DNA of 64,000 nucleotides from Candidatus Helarchaeota archaeon (GTDB taxonomy: Archaea; Asgardarchaeota; Lokiarchaeia; Helarchaeales; RDOG01), in the NCBI GenBank assembly GCA_029838215.1, contig JALGVI010000002.1:1-64000 (forward strand), given 5' to 3'. The notes under the pieces are model-generated. The model saw nothing but the letters and a program-made list of their open reading frames with translations. It ran no database searches and was not told the origin of the DNA. Below are positions 47,054 to 60,984 of the stretch, one piece after another (position 1 is the stretch's first letter; each line of letters begins with the position of its first letter). A program made the position numbers and the translations under genes.

Positions 47054-49846
47054 TTACATCAGTGAAATAAATTTATACCGACCAGATTGAATCTCAATGA
47101 TTGCCACATCGTTTTCGTGTGAAAGAAGCTTGACATCCTTAACGGCATTAATAGGAGTACCGCTTTCAGTAATGCTCTCGGCATTTCTTGCAGGGATGTG
47201 AACAGATGCAGTGACATTGGGAGGAATGCTAATTTTTAGATGGAATTTACCTTCATTTTTGGTCCAATGAACTGAAATTCGCCCCCGAATTGAATCATAA
47301 TGTCCTTTCGCCCAAGTAATCGTGCCACCGGGTTGAGGTTTTATCACGACGTGCTTATAACTTGGCTGCTCTTCATCCGGATTGATACCCAGAATCACGC
47401 GGTACATCCATTCTCCAACAGATCCAATGGCATAGTGGCAGAACGAATTCATCAACCAGCTTTGAAAACCTCGACCTTTTACGAAACCATCCCAACGTTC
47501 CCACATGGTTGTCGCCCCTTGATCTATCATGTAGAACCAAGATGGAAATCTCCGACTTAAAAGTAGGTCATATGCTTTTTCGACGTGTCCCCATTTAGAA
47601 AGCTCCATCATCATGGGTAACGTGGAGCAAAAACCGGTAGATAGACGATCGTCATATTTGTTCAATGCTTGGATCAGCCGATTGGCGGCATTAAGTCTAA
47701 TTTTTTCGGGCAATAAGTCAAAATGGAGTGCCAAAGCATAACCTGCTTGTGTATCTCCTTTAATCTTGCCGGTTTCATCAACAAACTCCTTGACAAATGC
47801 ATTTTTGATCTGTTGAGCCAACTCCGCATATTTTTTTGAATCATCCTCTTGTCCGATGATCTTTGCCATTTTTGAGAGTACTTCCGTTGAATGCGCGAAA
47901 AAAGCAGTCGAAAGGACATCTTTGGGAATTTCCCCTCCTTTTTTCGGATAATCACGTGATTTAATCGTGTTTCCATTTAGCCAATCACCATAATTATTTC
48001 CGGTGCTTTTTCTCCAAATTAAATTCGGATTTCTTAAATGCACGAATTCAATGAATTTCTTTGCAGATTCATAGTGTTGTTGCAAAACGCGTTCGTCGCC
48101 GTAATTTAAGTACATGCACCAAGGCACCAAAACACCGCAATCGGACCACGCAGGGGCACCAATGAAATTAAGAACACTCAAGATGTGTCTTGATCTTGAA
48201 GGAAAAGGAACAAAATCAGGGTATTGACCATTCGGAAGTTGTGAATCTCTAATGTCTTTGATCCATTTCGTGTAAAATGCAGCCATATCCATATTAAAGA
48301 TGGATGTTTGACAAAAAGCCATTGCATCACCCATCCACCCCATTCGCTCATTTCTTTGCGGGCAGTCCGTGGGCACGCTTATCAGATTATCTCGTTGTGT
48401 CCAGAAGATATTTCTCCACAATTTATTAACGGATGGATCGGAACACTCAAAAGCACCGACAACAGGAGTATCGGACGCAATGGCACAACCTGTTATCATG
48501 TCAAGGTCTGGTCTGAAATCCTTTTTCAATCCCGTTACCTCAACATGCTGAAACCCGTGATAGGTAAAACGTGGATGGTACTCACGCGTTTTTTCATCAT
48601 TGATTATAAATTTATCCGTGGCTTTTGCGAACCTCAGGTTTTTAGTATAAAGAGAACCATCTTCTTTAAGCATTTCACCATGACGTAGCCGAACGACACG
48701 TTTCGAATTAAGCGCGGAAGTATCTATCTTAAGCTTACAAAATCCTGCAATATTTTGTCCTAAATTAAAAATGAAAACCCCTTTCTTTGGCTCAGATACT
48801 TCTATTGGCTTGATTTCTTCCACGATGCGAATCGGTTGATTCATTTGAGCAACGAGATTTACCTGAATCGATTCGTCGACAATGGCTTGAGACCAGTGAT
48901 GATCGTCAAATCCTGGTTCTTTCCATCCATCTGGCTCCTTTCGTGCATTAAAACATTCACCTTGAAAATGATCAGCCCATTGAATCGGCCCGTCATTCCA
49001 AATCTTCCAGCTGGAATCACTCACGATATCTGAATTTGTCCCATCTTTATATTCAACCGATAATTGCATTAGAAAATGACGACTCGTGCCATAAAAACCA
49101 TGGATGGGAATTATTCCGGGACCCAAATTTCCTGCATACCATCCATCTGCCAGCATTGCTCCAATTACATTTTCGCCTTTTTTAAGTAAATTAGTCACGT
49201 CATGAGTTTGATATTGAACTCTTTTCCGATAATCCGTCCATTCAGGTGATAAAAAATGATCTCCTACTTTGGTACCATTAATATATAATTCATATTCACC
49301 GAGTGCCGTGACATGTACGAGAGCACGGTTCACTTCTTTTTCAAGATTAAACGTCTTTCTCAATAATTGGGAATTTTTTTTTCGGAATTTTGGAATTATT
49401 CCTTTTAATAACGAAGTCTTTTTTCGAGTTTCACCAATCCATCTTGCACTCCAATCATCTTGATTAATTAAACCCATGTTCCAGAAAGAATGACTACTCC
49501 ATGCAGAAGTTTCATTATTTTCATCCCAAACTCTGACTTTCCAAAAGCAAAACATCTTTGATTTGAGCGATTTGCCTTCATACGTGATATTTGTCGTTTC
49601 ATCAGATTCGATCTTCCCGGTATCCCAAAGATCACCTTGATTGTCTTGCAATAGGCTCTCATTACTTGCTACCAAAATTTGATATGCAGTTTGTTTTTGA
49701 CCTCTCGTATCAGATTTTAATAGCCAACTAAGCCGTGGATTTAATACGTCAATTCCTTTTGGATTGATTAAATATTCACAAGTTAGGTGGCTTGGCTGGA
49801 GAGAAGACTCGGAATTTTTAGATGCGTTCATTTTTTTAACCTTCAT
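47054..49846 (-). CDS. Alpha-L-rhamnosidase (GH78), no signal peptide
   Basis: PRLSW, QTAYQI, LWDTGK, FNLGQNIAG, FTYHGFQHVEV, PTDCPQRNERMGWMGD, GATTMWERW, NSFCHY. Confidence 0.94.
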   Translation of the reverse strand: MKVKKMNASKNSESSLQPSHLTCEYLINPKGIDVLNPRLSWLLKSDTRGQKQTAYQILVASNESLLQDNQGDLWDTGKIESDETTNITYEGKSLKSKMFCFWKVRVWDENNETSAWSSHSFWNMGLINQDDWSARWIGETRKKTSLLKGIIPKFRKKNSQLLRKTFNLEKEVNRALVHVTALGEYELYINGTKVGDHFLSPEWTDYRKRVQYQTHDVTNLLKKGENVIGAMLADGWYAGNLGPGIIPIHGFYGTSRHFLMQLSVEYKDGTNSDIVSDSSWKIWNDGPIQWADHFQGECFNARKEPDGWKEPGFDDHHWSQAIVDESIQVNLVAQMNQPIRIVEEIKPIEVSEPKKGVFIFNLGQNIAGFCKLKIDTSALNSKRVVRLRHGEMLKEDGSLYTKNLRFAKATDKFIINDEKTREYHPRFTYHGFQHVEVTGLKKDFRPDLDMITGCAIASDTPVVGAFECSDPSVNKLWRNIFWTQRDNLISVPTDCPQRNERMGWMGDAMAFCQTSIFNMDMAAFYTKWIKDIRDSQLPNGQYPDFVPFPSRSRHILSVLNFIGAPAWSDCGVLVPWCMYLNYGDERVLQQHYESAKKFIEFVHLRNPNLIWRKSTGNNYGDWLNGNTIKSRDYPKKGGEIPKDVLSTAFFAHSTEVLSKMAKIIGQEDDSKKYAELAQQIKNAFVKEFVDETGKIKGDTQAGYALALHFDLLPEKIRLNAANRLIQALNKYDDRLSTGFCSTLPMMMELSKWGHVEKAYDLLLSRRFPSWFYMIDQGATTMWERWDGFVKGRGFQSWLMNSFCHYAIGSVGEWMYRVILGINPDEEQPSYKHVVIKPQPGGTITWAKGHYDSIRGRISVHWTKNEGKFHLKISIPPNVTASVHIPARNAESITESGTPINAVKDVKLLSHENDVAIIEIQSGRYKFISLM

Positions 49847-49888
49847 AATTATGCAATCGAAAAAAAGGACAACAAGCTTTATTCTTCA

Positions 49889-50755
49889 TCATTCTTTAAA
49901 AATAGGGGTGATTTTTTTCCCAAGATTTTGAATTTTTAACTTCAAGGTTCTCATGAATTCTTTCCAATTCGGTCTAAAATTCTTCGGCAAGTAATGATTC
50001 GTGCTGTTTCCAATATAATTAGCGTTTTTTTCTGCGTCTTCCAAATCAATAAGAATATCATGAAACAAGTTTTTAATTGAAATGTTTTGATGGTAGGCAG
50101 TAATTATCAATTCTAGAGCTTTTTTCAAAGATTTCATGTGAATTTCCAAGTTTACAAGATAAAAAACATCATACATATCTTTTCCCTCTTTCCTATTATG
50201 CAATGCAAGTAGTTTTCTTGCCAAAATGTCTTCTAGCGAGTACGTCATGAACGTGCAAGCCTGAGTCGTTTCCAAATTTGATTTTAATAGCACCTCTTTT
50301 GGTTCTTTTGCAGCAACAACTTTGTCAAGAGAAAGATAAAACTCACATCTAACAAGATCTTTTCTTTGAAATTCGTTAACATACCGGCAATCAAATCTAA
50401 GAGTTCGGTGCATTAATTTTGGTTCGTCCAAATCAAAATTTTCAATTTTATTCATTTGTTGCTTGATGTAATTTATTTTATCATTTAATCCATCAGCAGA
50501 GACAAAATCTAAGTCAATATCTTCCGAAAATCTCTTTGGTTCTTGTAGATAGGCTCTATTTATAGCAGTTCCTCCTTTTAATATTACTTCCTTCGTTCTG
50601 AATAGGTTTTTTACCTGCAGGATTAATTCTGTAATTTTACTATCCTTGCTTATGAAATTAATTCCCAGTCCTGTTTTGATCGCTAAATGCTTGATTATTT
50701 GAGGATCAGCCATGATACCACCACGATAAGATTCTATCTTTCCCGTAATTGTCAA
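49889..50755 (-). CDS. AbiEii-type nucleotidyltransferase toxin (type IV TA); likely start Met at 50713
   Basis: LKGGTAI...RFSEDIDLD, ARKLLAL, KDMYD; the ATG at 50713-50711 lies next to the antitoxin stop. Confidence 0.9.
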   Translation of the reverse strand: MTITGKIESYRGGIMADPQIIKHLAIKTGLGINFISKDSKITELILQVKNLFRTKEVILKGGTAINRAYLQEPKRFSEDIDLDFVSADGLNDKINYIKQQMNKIENFDLDEPKLMHRTLRFDCRYVNEFQRKDLVRCEFYLSLDKVVAAKEPKEVLLKSNLETTQACTFMTYSLEDILARKLLALHNRKEGKDMYDVFYLVNLEIHMKSLKKALELIITAYHQNISIKNLFHDILIDLEDAEKNANYIGNSTNHYLPKNFRPNWKEFMRTLKLKIQNLGKKITPIFKE

Positions 50756-51509
50756 TAATTTTCCATTCTTTTTCGTATTTCCCCTTAGATTTCTGAGTGG
50801 ATATTAATTTAGTCTTGGTCCGAACCCTTTTTTTTAGATATTGCAATATAGTTTCAGGCATGCTAAAATCCACTTCCTTCTTCATCAAATCTAAAATATA
50901 TCCAATTTTCTGGCACATTGAATCAGTTGAAAGCTCCTTGACATATTCAAGGAACTCACTCCAATTCAAAACATTTTGTTGAAATAATGCTTTTGTTATT
51001 TCACTATAACCTCCAGCGTACTGTGGCTTCACAAAGCAATCAAAGAAGGTTTTTTCGATCGTAGAAACATAATACTTTTTATAATGAGTGATTCCTGTAG
51101 CTTTTTTTCCAAATGCGACTGCCCTAAATGTATATTGACCAATTATTTTACTCCGCGATATATTAGGAGTGACTATGTAGATAGTGAAACTTTCATAATC
51201 ACTTAGATCATATATTCGCAACGCGGTCCCTAAAGCCAAATATCCATTATATAAAAACAGTCCTAATTCGAAAGGATCATCCATAAATGGACTTTTCGAG
51301 GGATCTTTTTGAACTAAGTAAACTCCTCTCTTGATTTTATATAAGTAACCTTTTTCTATTAAGCGTGATAAAATCTTATTGACAGTCGTGCCTTTTTTAT
51401 GATAGAATATGTTTTTAATCTGTTCGTTTGTAATTATCCATTCATTTGACTTGAATAGAGGGTTGAAAATTTCTTGTTCGGATTTTGAAAGGTAGATATT
51501 TTTGTTCAT
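50706..51509 (-). CDS. AbiEi-type antitoxin (wHTH plus C-terminal domain)
   Basis: N-terminal wHTH (LSRLIEKGYLYKIKRGVY), YLALGTALRIY, STIEKTFFDC; upstream of AbiEii. Confidence 0.88.
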   Translation of the reverse strand: MNKNIYLSKSEQEIFNPLFKSNEWIITNEQIKNIFYHKKGTTVNKILSRLIEKGYLYKIKRGVYLVQKDPSKSPFMDDPFELGLFLYNGYLALGTALRIYDLSDYESFTIYIVTPNISRSKIIGQYTFRAVAFGKKATGITHYKKYYVSTIEKTFFDCFVKPQYAGGYSEITKALFQQNVLNWSEFLEYVKELSTDSMCQKIGYILDLMKKEVDFSMPETILQYLKKRVRTKTKLISTQKSKGKYEKEWKIIDNYGKDRILSWWYHG

Positions 51510-51626
51510 TTAGTACAATTTATTTGGATGTTTCATAAAAAATTTTCTACCAACTTATTGGCAAGTAATTCAGAAATTAAAATTTGGTAATTAAAATAAA
51601 AAGTTCATGTGCTGGTTTTATTTAAT

Positions 51627-53585
51627 TCATGGAGAGAATTTCAGAATCGGACATTTCTTGATGCATTCAAGGCATTTCGTGCAGTTTTCTGCAACCATCC
51701 ATGCCTTTTCGTCCTTCAGATAAATTGCTTGACTTGTGCACAATTCGATGCAAAGACCACATCCAATGCATTTTTGCGCTTTCAGGATAAATGGAACGAT
51801 TTTTTTCAAGTCGTTAATCAATTCAGATTCATCGTGATTATAACTTCGGATGTTTAGGCTTCCATCCGAAAAAATAGTAATCGACGTGAGGTCTTCTTTC
51901 ACGTTTAAGATTCCGTGCTCAAGATTAAGCATTGTTTTCCCAAATATTTCTAAGAAATTGGAAACTCGTTCTAAATCGAGTCCCGTGTTAAAATGACCTT
52001 CTAATACCACGGATCCATCCTTACAAGGACTCATTCCGACCGTGTAATTCATCGTGATGTCGTCGTTTTTCCCATATTTTGCCTTGAATGGTGCAATTTG
52101 TAGTTTCTCCATCAAATTCGTTTGGGATTTTGGTAATTTTTTCCATCTCCAAAAACCAAGAGTCATCCATTCTTCAGGGTATTCGTTTTTTTCGGCATGT
52201 TCACGTAATAAGCTCCATAGTTCGTCATATTTCTCGGGAAAATGTGTTTTTAGAATTTCGATATCAGCTAATTTATTCGCAGGGCAAGGAATGCAGCCAA
52301 CACGTTCGTAACCCAATTCATATAAAGGGTTGAAATTGAAATTGTTTCTTTCTTGCTCGCGGAAAATGTAAAGCCAAACGAGTAGCGCTATCCAGTTATT
52401 AATTGGATGTGCACTTACTTGTTGTGGAATGTATGAATTCCTTGCTATTTTTCCTCGTCGTGCTTCATCTCTCCGCAAAAAGCTCTCATATTTTCGATTC
52501 CCGACGAAAGTCAGAACACCATCAGGGTAATGATCTCTTATCAAGTCGTTAACATTCGAAAGTTTCAAGACCTTGCAACACCAACGAAAGTCTCGCGCCG
52601 GAGGACCGAAAATATCCCGTGCCACGTCATAGAAATCATTCTTGGCAGTATATTTCAGAAATTTTTTCTCCAATCCAAATTTTTTGATGATTTCTTCCAC
52701 GTGCTCGATTGTTTCAGGGAATTCAATGCCCGTATCAATAAAAAACACGCCGAAATCAAGTTTTGCCTTCATGAGCAATAATAATAGCACTAAAGAATCC
52801 TTTCCTCCCGAAAAAGAAAGAAGTTTGGGAAGGTCAAATTTACGGGATGCTTTCTGAATGAATTTCAGAGCAACTTTTTCTTTAGAATTAAGAATCTTGT
52901 CATTAATTCGGACGACATCATTCCAATCTGCGTGCCCATTTAAGATCTTTGGGGGTCGTGGAGTATCATGATACTTGACTCTAACGACTAAACCCCGTTT
53001 TTGTTTCGCAATTTCAGAGCTGGAACCCAAGGCAATACCGACAGCAATTAATTTGCCAGATTCTGTCAGAATAAAAGTCAGGTCATTCTTTTTAATTTCT
53101 TTAGAGTAGTCGACAATTCCAGGTGCAAGCAAGTTCGCCCCTTTTACAATTCGGGGAACTGCACCCGCATCGACCTTTATCCACGTCCTTGGGGTGAATT
53201 GAAGCATTCTTCTAGCGCCTTCAAGCTTGGGAAGGAACTCCCATTTATCCCCGTCTTTTAGGACATTGTATCGAATGTTTCCTAGGACTTGCCCGTCAAT
53301 AATCACTTCATCCATTCGATCTTCATATGGGACTTTATTTAACACGATTACTTTCTTTTCATCAATGATTTTTTCACAATTCATTCCAAATTGAGCCGCG
53401 ATTGAATCTTTAATGCGTTTGATATCATCTTTAAATGCAGGACGGCAATCGTAAGGAGGTGAAATCTTGACTTCGAAAGTATCCTTTTCGCAGTCGGGGT
53501 TTGGGCAACGTTTTGCGTCAATTATTGGAACATTGCAGTCACTGCACCAATATAATTGATTACGACCAAGAAATAATGATGGCAT
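51627..53585 (-). CDS. PAPS-reductase-family protein with Zn ribbon, PUA domain and C-terminal ferredoxin
   Basis: WCSDCNVP..CPNPDC; PUA (VDAGAVPRIVKGANLLAPGI); SFSGGKDS, TGIEFPET, RWCCKVLK, GCIPCP; CIGCGLCIELC / CTKCLECIKKC. Confidence 0.9.
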   Translation of the reverse strand: MPSLFLGRNQLYWCSDCNVPIIDAKRCPNPDCEKDTFEVKISPPYDCRPAFKDDIKRIKDSIAAQFGMNCEKIIDEKKVIVLNKVPYEDRMDEVIIDGQVLGNIRYNVLKDGDKWEFLPKLEGARRMLQFTPRTWIKVDAGAVPRIVKGANLLAPGIVDYSKEIKKNDLTFILTESGKLIAVGIALGSSSEIAKQKRGLVVRVKYHDTPRPPKILNGHADWNDVVRINDKILNSKEKVALKFIQKASRKFDLPKLLSFSGGKDSLVLLLLLMKAKLDFGVFFIDTGIEFPETIEHVEEIIKKFGLEKKFLKYTAKNDFYDVARDIFGPPARDFRWCCKVLKLSNVNDLIRDHYPDGVLTFVGNRKYESFLRRDEARRGKIARNSYIPQQVSAHPINNWIALLVWLYIFREQERNNFNFNPLYELGYERVGCIPCPANKLADIEILKTHFPEKYDELWSLLREHAEKNEYPEEWMTLGFWRWKKLPKSQTNLMEKLQIAPFKAKYGKNDDITMNYTVGMSPCKDGSVVLEGHFNTGLDLERVSNFLEIFGKTMLNLEHGILNVKEDLTSITIFSDGSLNIRSYNHDESELINDLKKIVPFILKAQKCIGCGLCIELCTSQAIYLKDEKAWMVAENCTKCLECIKKCPILKFSP

Positions 53586-53751
53586 CGCATGATCCTGAGA
53601 GAAATCTCTTTTTAATGTTTTTTACAGAAAAATGCCTTAAATTCACGTGAACATGAATAAATAATTAATATTCAGATCGTCATATAGAAAAATACAATTC
53701 TCAGATAATTCTTACAAGAAATCAAAGCGAAATTAATGAGCTGTCAAGAAA

Positions 53752-55467
53752 ATGACATGGTCACCAGTAGAAGGACAAATAATGACACGTTGGGCAAAGC
53801 AGTTATCTGCCGACAATCCGTTGCCAGAATATCCGCGCCCCCAATTAGAACGTGAAACTTGGTTAAATTTAAATGGTCTATGGAATTATGCAATTCTTCC
53901 GAAAAAATGCAAATCCGTTGATTCCTACGACGGTGAAATATTGGTTCCCTTTCCCATTGAATCGGCTCTTTCGGGAGTAAAGCGAAAATTGCGACCAAAA
54001 GACAGGTTATGGTATCAACGAAGTGTTTCAATTCCAAAAGAATGGAGTGGACAAAAACTCCTTCTCCACTTTGGAGCGGTTGATTGGGAAGCCACGGTTC
54101 ACGTGAATGGGAAGCGAGTTGGTTCTCATCATGGAGGATACGTGCCTTTTGCATTTGAGATTTCGAAATTTGTAAATTTCGGTGCAGAAAATGATATCGT
54201 TGTTGACGTGCTTGATCCGACAGGTAGAGGGCGACATGAAAGGGGAAAACAAACACTTCATCCATACATGATTTATTATACAGCAGTTTCAGGTATATGG
54301 CAGACTGTTTGGCTCGAGCCCGTTCCAGAAACTCACGTAAAAAGCCTAAAAATTACACCAGATATTGATACGTCGACCGTGCGAATTTCGATCAATTGTG
54401 AAAATATTAAAACGGGTGACAAGGTCAAGGTTAGCATTCTTGATGATGATAATGAAGTCGTGTCGATCATCGACAATCCTGAACACGAGCTCACGTTAAA
54501 GATTCCTGAGCCTAAATTATGGAATCCACGGTCTCCATTCCTTTACCGAATCATCGTTCAGCTTGAGCGAAATGGTCAGGTTTTGGATGAAGTTACCAGT
54601 TATTGTGGAGTGCGCAAGATCGGACTTAATAAAGATAAAGATGGGCACGTGCGAATTGAATTGAACGACGAACCTATCTTTCAATACGGAACATTAGATC
54701 AAGGATATTGGCCTGATGGACTCTATACGGCTCCAACAGATGAAGCTTTATTGTTCGATATCGAAATAACGAAAAAGATCGGTTTCAACATGATACGGAA
54801 ACATGTAAAAGTCGAGCCACTTCGTTGGTATTATCATTGTGATCGGCTTGGAATGTTGGTTTGGCAAGACATGCCAAATGGAGGGTGGTACATCTGGCCC
54901 AGAAGCAAGTCCAATAAGAAATATTATCATGAGGAGCTCGAAGCGATGATTTCGACACTTTACAACTCACCATCAGTAATTGTTTGGGTTCCATTTAATG
55001 AAGGTTGGGGACAATTTGATACCAGGGCAATCACATCGAAGATCCGTGCTTTGGATCCAACACGTCTTATTGATAGTGCAAGCGGCTGGTTTGACAAGGG
55101 CGTCGGTGATGTTCGAGACATCCACGTGTACCCGGGTCCGAAAATGCCGAAAAAATTGAAAGGACGTGCTGCCGTAATCGGCGAGTTTGGTGGACTTGGT
55201 TTTAACGTGAAAGACCACGTGTGGAAGGCACGTTTCAAGTGGAGTTACAAGAAATCCAAGAGTCCCGATAAACTACTGGCAGAATACAAGGATTTGATGT
55301 CAAATCTTCAACCATTGATCAAAGACGGTTTATGCGCTGCAGTATACACGCAAATCACGGATGTTGAAAGAGAAATCAATGGATTGTTGACGTACGATCG
55401 GGAAATAATGAAAATAGATGAAAAAGAATTGAAGAAATTGCATTCTTCGTTATTTATAGAGCTTTAA
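53752..55467 (+). CDS. Glycoside hydrolase family 2 (beta-galactosidase/glucuronidase-like), no signal peptide
   Basis: [43 protein letters not shown], acid/base PFNEGWG, nucleophile IGEFGG. Confidence 0.93.
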   Translation: MTWSPVEGQIMTRWAKQLSADNPLPEYPRPQLERETWLNLNGLWNYAILPKKCKSVDSYDGEILVPFPIESALSGVKRKLRPKDRLWYQRSVSIPKEWSGQKLLLHFGAVDWEATVHVNGKRVGSHHGGYVPFAFEISKFVNFGAENDIVVDVLDPTGRGRHERGKQTLHPYMIYYTAVSGIWQTVWLEPVPETHVKSLKITPDIDTSTVRISINCENIKTGDKVKVSILDDDNEVVSIIDNPEHELTLKIPEPKLWNPRSPFLYRIIVQLERNGQVLDEVTSYCGVRKIGLNKDKDGHVRIELNDEPIFQYGTLDQGYWPDGLYTAPTDEALLFDIEITKKIGFNMIRKHVKVEPLRWYYHCDRLGMLVWQDMPNGGWYIWPRSKSNKKYYHEELEAMISTLYNSPSVIVWVPFNEGWGQFDTRAITSKIRALDPTRLIDSASGWFDKGVGDVRDIHVYPGPKMPKKLKGRAAVIGEFGGLGFNVKDHVWKARFKWSYKKSKSPDKLLAEYKDLMSNLQPLIKDGLCAAVYTQITDVEREINGLLTYDREIMKIDEKELKKLHSSLFIEL

Positions 55468-55478
55468 AACAAGAAAAA

Positions 55479-58676
<3,198 letters not shown>

Positions 58677-58823
58677 TTAAAGAAATATCTTAGTCTTTTT
58701 AAAATCATTTATCAATTAAGTTGACGACGATAGCCGTGAGCAAATGAATGAATTTCTTGAAAGAAAAATTTCCAAGTTGAAGAAGGTTTTAATCCAAGTC
58801 TTGTAATTGGGGACGAAAATAAT

Positions 58824-59201
58824 TCAGGCTTTTTCTATTTTTAATCGAGTGCTGAGTCTTGATTTTTTCAACAGCTCTAAATTTTTTGTTATTATTCCAA
58901 CGGGATTTACGGGAGAATACGGTTTACCTGCGTCCGTGTAGATGCAAATTGCATCATTTAATGGCCAGTAGGCAATAATCCCTGGTTCAACTTCCGATAT
59001 GGATGTCTCTTTCCCGATATTTAATCCGATTTTTATGAGTGAATACTGAAAATCCTTGTAATTATTTACTTTTCCCTGAATTGGAAGTAAATCATTGATT
59101 CGTTCCACGGTTCTGGGATTTTTTAATCGATCGAGTTGTCCTTCAATTACTTCAGTTTCTCCCGACATTTTAATGATGATAGGAAAATAGCGCTCTGCCA
59201 T
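58824..59201 (-). CDS. Cyclophilin-like fold protein (TM1367/DUF369-like)
   Basis: PRTVERI..LLPI, VEPGIIAYWP...ICI, PYSPVNPVG. Confidence 0.75.
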   Translation of the reverse strand: MAERYFPIIIKMSGETEVIEGQLDRLKNPRTVERINDLLPIQGKVNNYKDFQYSLIKIGLNIGKETSISEVEPGIIAYWPLNDAICIYTDAGKPYSPVNPVGIITKNLELLKKSRLSTRLKIEKA

Positions 59202-59202
59202 T

Positions 59203-59394
59203 TTACATGCCTCCTTTTAACACAAATCCATATTGGACTAATCTATCACAAACTTCAACTAGTTCTCGTTCTAGATCATGTCGCTTCTTTTCGTATTCTT
59301 CATTTTTAATGGCAGTCTTCTTTTTTTCAAGTAATTTTATTTCTTTCACGAGCTCTTTCTTTCTTTTATTTAATGATTTAAAATCTCTTTCCAT
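59203..59394 (-). CDS. Small helical/coiled-coil hypothetical protein
   Basis: 63 aa, K/E-rich heptads; stop lies 1 nt from the next gene start. Confidence 0.65.
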   Translation of the reverse strand: MERDFKSLNKRKKELVKEIKLLEKKKTAIKNEEYEKKRHDLERELVEVCDRLVQYGFVLKGGM

Positions 59395-59553
59395 TTTTTT
59401 ACTCTAACTCTTCAATTCTGTAGGGATTTTCCGAAAATAAGTTATAGATCTTATTTAAAAAGATTACGGAAAGGATTTGTCTATTGGAAAAAAACGGGCA
59501 TTAAAATGACGAATATCTCATCCAAGATCTAATTCGAATGACGGTTTTTTTGC

Positions 59554-60105
59554 TCAATTGCTCTCAGTAGGGATTCGTTGTAGTAATTGGGATTTCATTT
59601 GCGTCACATCCTTGCTCAAGCAAAAGTATGTTGCAAAATAGTCGGTCGTTTCTAGAACTTTCGTGCGGTCTTTCATTCTCGTCTTTATGAATTTCTTATC
59701 TTCAAGCTCACGAACGTGTTTGTATACGTGAGAGCCACGAGTTTTTTGAACGAGATACATGGTTACAGGTTGATTTATTGCAATGAACGATAGCGTCTTT
59801 AAGACACCTTCGCTGAGATATCCGGTAGGCATGAATTGCATCAATTTTTTATTGTTTGAGAACTGATCTTTGAGGCTCAGCATGTATGAATCTTCGGAGG
59901 TCTTCGTGATTGATAGGGCGGTTTCCCGTTGTTGATACTCGGAAATTAATTCTTCCAGGGCATTTTTAATTTCCGTGGTTTTTCCCTTCACGGCACTTTT
60001 CAATTCCTTGAGAGTAACGGGACGTCCCGCCAAATATAGCAAGGATTCAATTTCCATTTTGAGCGAAAGTTCAGTCGGAGTTGGCGACGCAGACAAATAT
60101 CTCAC
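59554..60105 (-). CDS. scpB: Segregation and condensation protein B (kite subunit)
   Basis: IESLLYLAGRPVT, LEELISEY, LSEGVLKTLSFIAINQPVT, RG..V.KHV.EL, ETTDYFATYF. Confidence 0.92.
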   Translation of the reverse strand: MRYLSASPTPTELSLKMEIESLLYLAGRPVTLKELKSAVKGKTTEIKNALEELISEYQQRETALSITKTSEDSYMLSLKDQFSNNKKLMQFMPTGYLSEGVLKTLSFIAINQPVTMYLVQKTRGSHVYKHVRELEDKKFIKTRMKDRTKVLETTDYFATYFCLSKDVTQMKSQLLQRIPTESN

Positions 60106-60820
60106 CTTCTTCGGTCATCCATGCATTTATTTTCTTACGATTGATTAAATAACATAGACAAAGCATTGTTCGGATTATTTGAATCCGTGTTGGTTCAGAA
60201 ATCAATTCAATAAATGGCATTCCTGCAGGTTGTTCCTTGATTAAAGAGTAAGTGGAATCGACCAGTTTCTCAATATTCGTGCGAGCTTCTTTCAAATCAT
60301 GAATGTTAAAAGATTTCTTTCGAGTTTTTGTAATGCGCCGTTTCATTTTTTTGCGGTTCTGTTCGTACTTCATGCTCCGAATCGCTCGGATGAGATCTTC
60401 AGAACTAAGATATTTATTCATTAGACGCATTGGGGGACGAATAGGGGGTAACATTTTTAAAGGAACTTGCAAGGAAACAGAATCATTCACATTATTTTGA
60501 ATTATTTCATTCTTATTTTGTCCCTGCACGGAATTTTCTGTGTCAAGACTGCCTGTTTCAGGGTGTTTTTCTTGATTTTTCTTTGATTCTTTACGCGGAA
60601 GCAACGAACGTGATTTATTTTTGTGCAACCTACTCGCCGTAAATAATGCTCTGGCGTTCATGCGTAGATTGATTTCATTTACAAGTTTTTGTTGCTCCAA
60701 GATCTTGGTTAGTATGTTTCCCACGTTATATTTCCAAGGATCAAAATTTTTCGGAGGATTCACTTCGAAAAGGATGTTATATGGTGCTTTCATCCAAAAA
60801 ATCTCATTTGGAGCATTCAT
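60071..60820 (-). CDS. scpA: Segregation and condensation protein A (kleisin)
   Basis: Archaeal kleisin N-motif DPWKYNVGNIL, C-terminal winged helix (IIRTMLCLCYLINRKKI); overlaps scpB by 35 nt. Confidence 0.8.
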   Translation of the reverse strand: MNAPNEIFWMKAPYNILFEVNPPKNFDPWKYNVGNILTKILEQQKLVNEINLRMNARALFTASRLHKNKSRSLLPRKESKKNQEKHPETGSLDTENSVQGQNKNEIIQNNVNDSVSLQVPLKMLPPIRPPMRLMNKYLSSEDLIRAIRSMKYEQNRKKMKRRITKTRKKSFNIHDLKEARTNIEKLVDSTYSLIKEQPAGMPFIELISEPTRIQIIRTMLCLCYLINRKKINAWMTEEGEIFVCVANSD

Positions 60821-60984
60821 TTTCTCTTCACGTTCCTGATTTTAAAATAGATATGATTTAAAGGAACCACCAGATAAGATCTGCTACGAGTCAGTATTAC
60901 TTCAATATGTGTGTTACAAGAATAATATCTAAATGCAGAAAAAAATGGAAAGAAAGAAGAAACTTTGAGATAAAAAGAAATAGT

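Noticed and set aside
53744-54265. 173-aa minus-strand ORF, and the many other short ORFs nested in or antisense to clear genes (e.g. 121-342, 545-844, 9168-9425, 32488-32739, 51609-51857)
   Set aside because: They overlap well-supported genes and show no recognisable motifs; treated as shadow ORFs.
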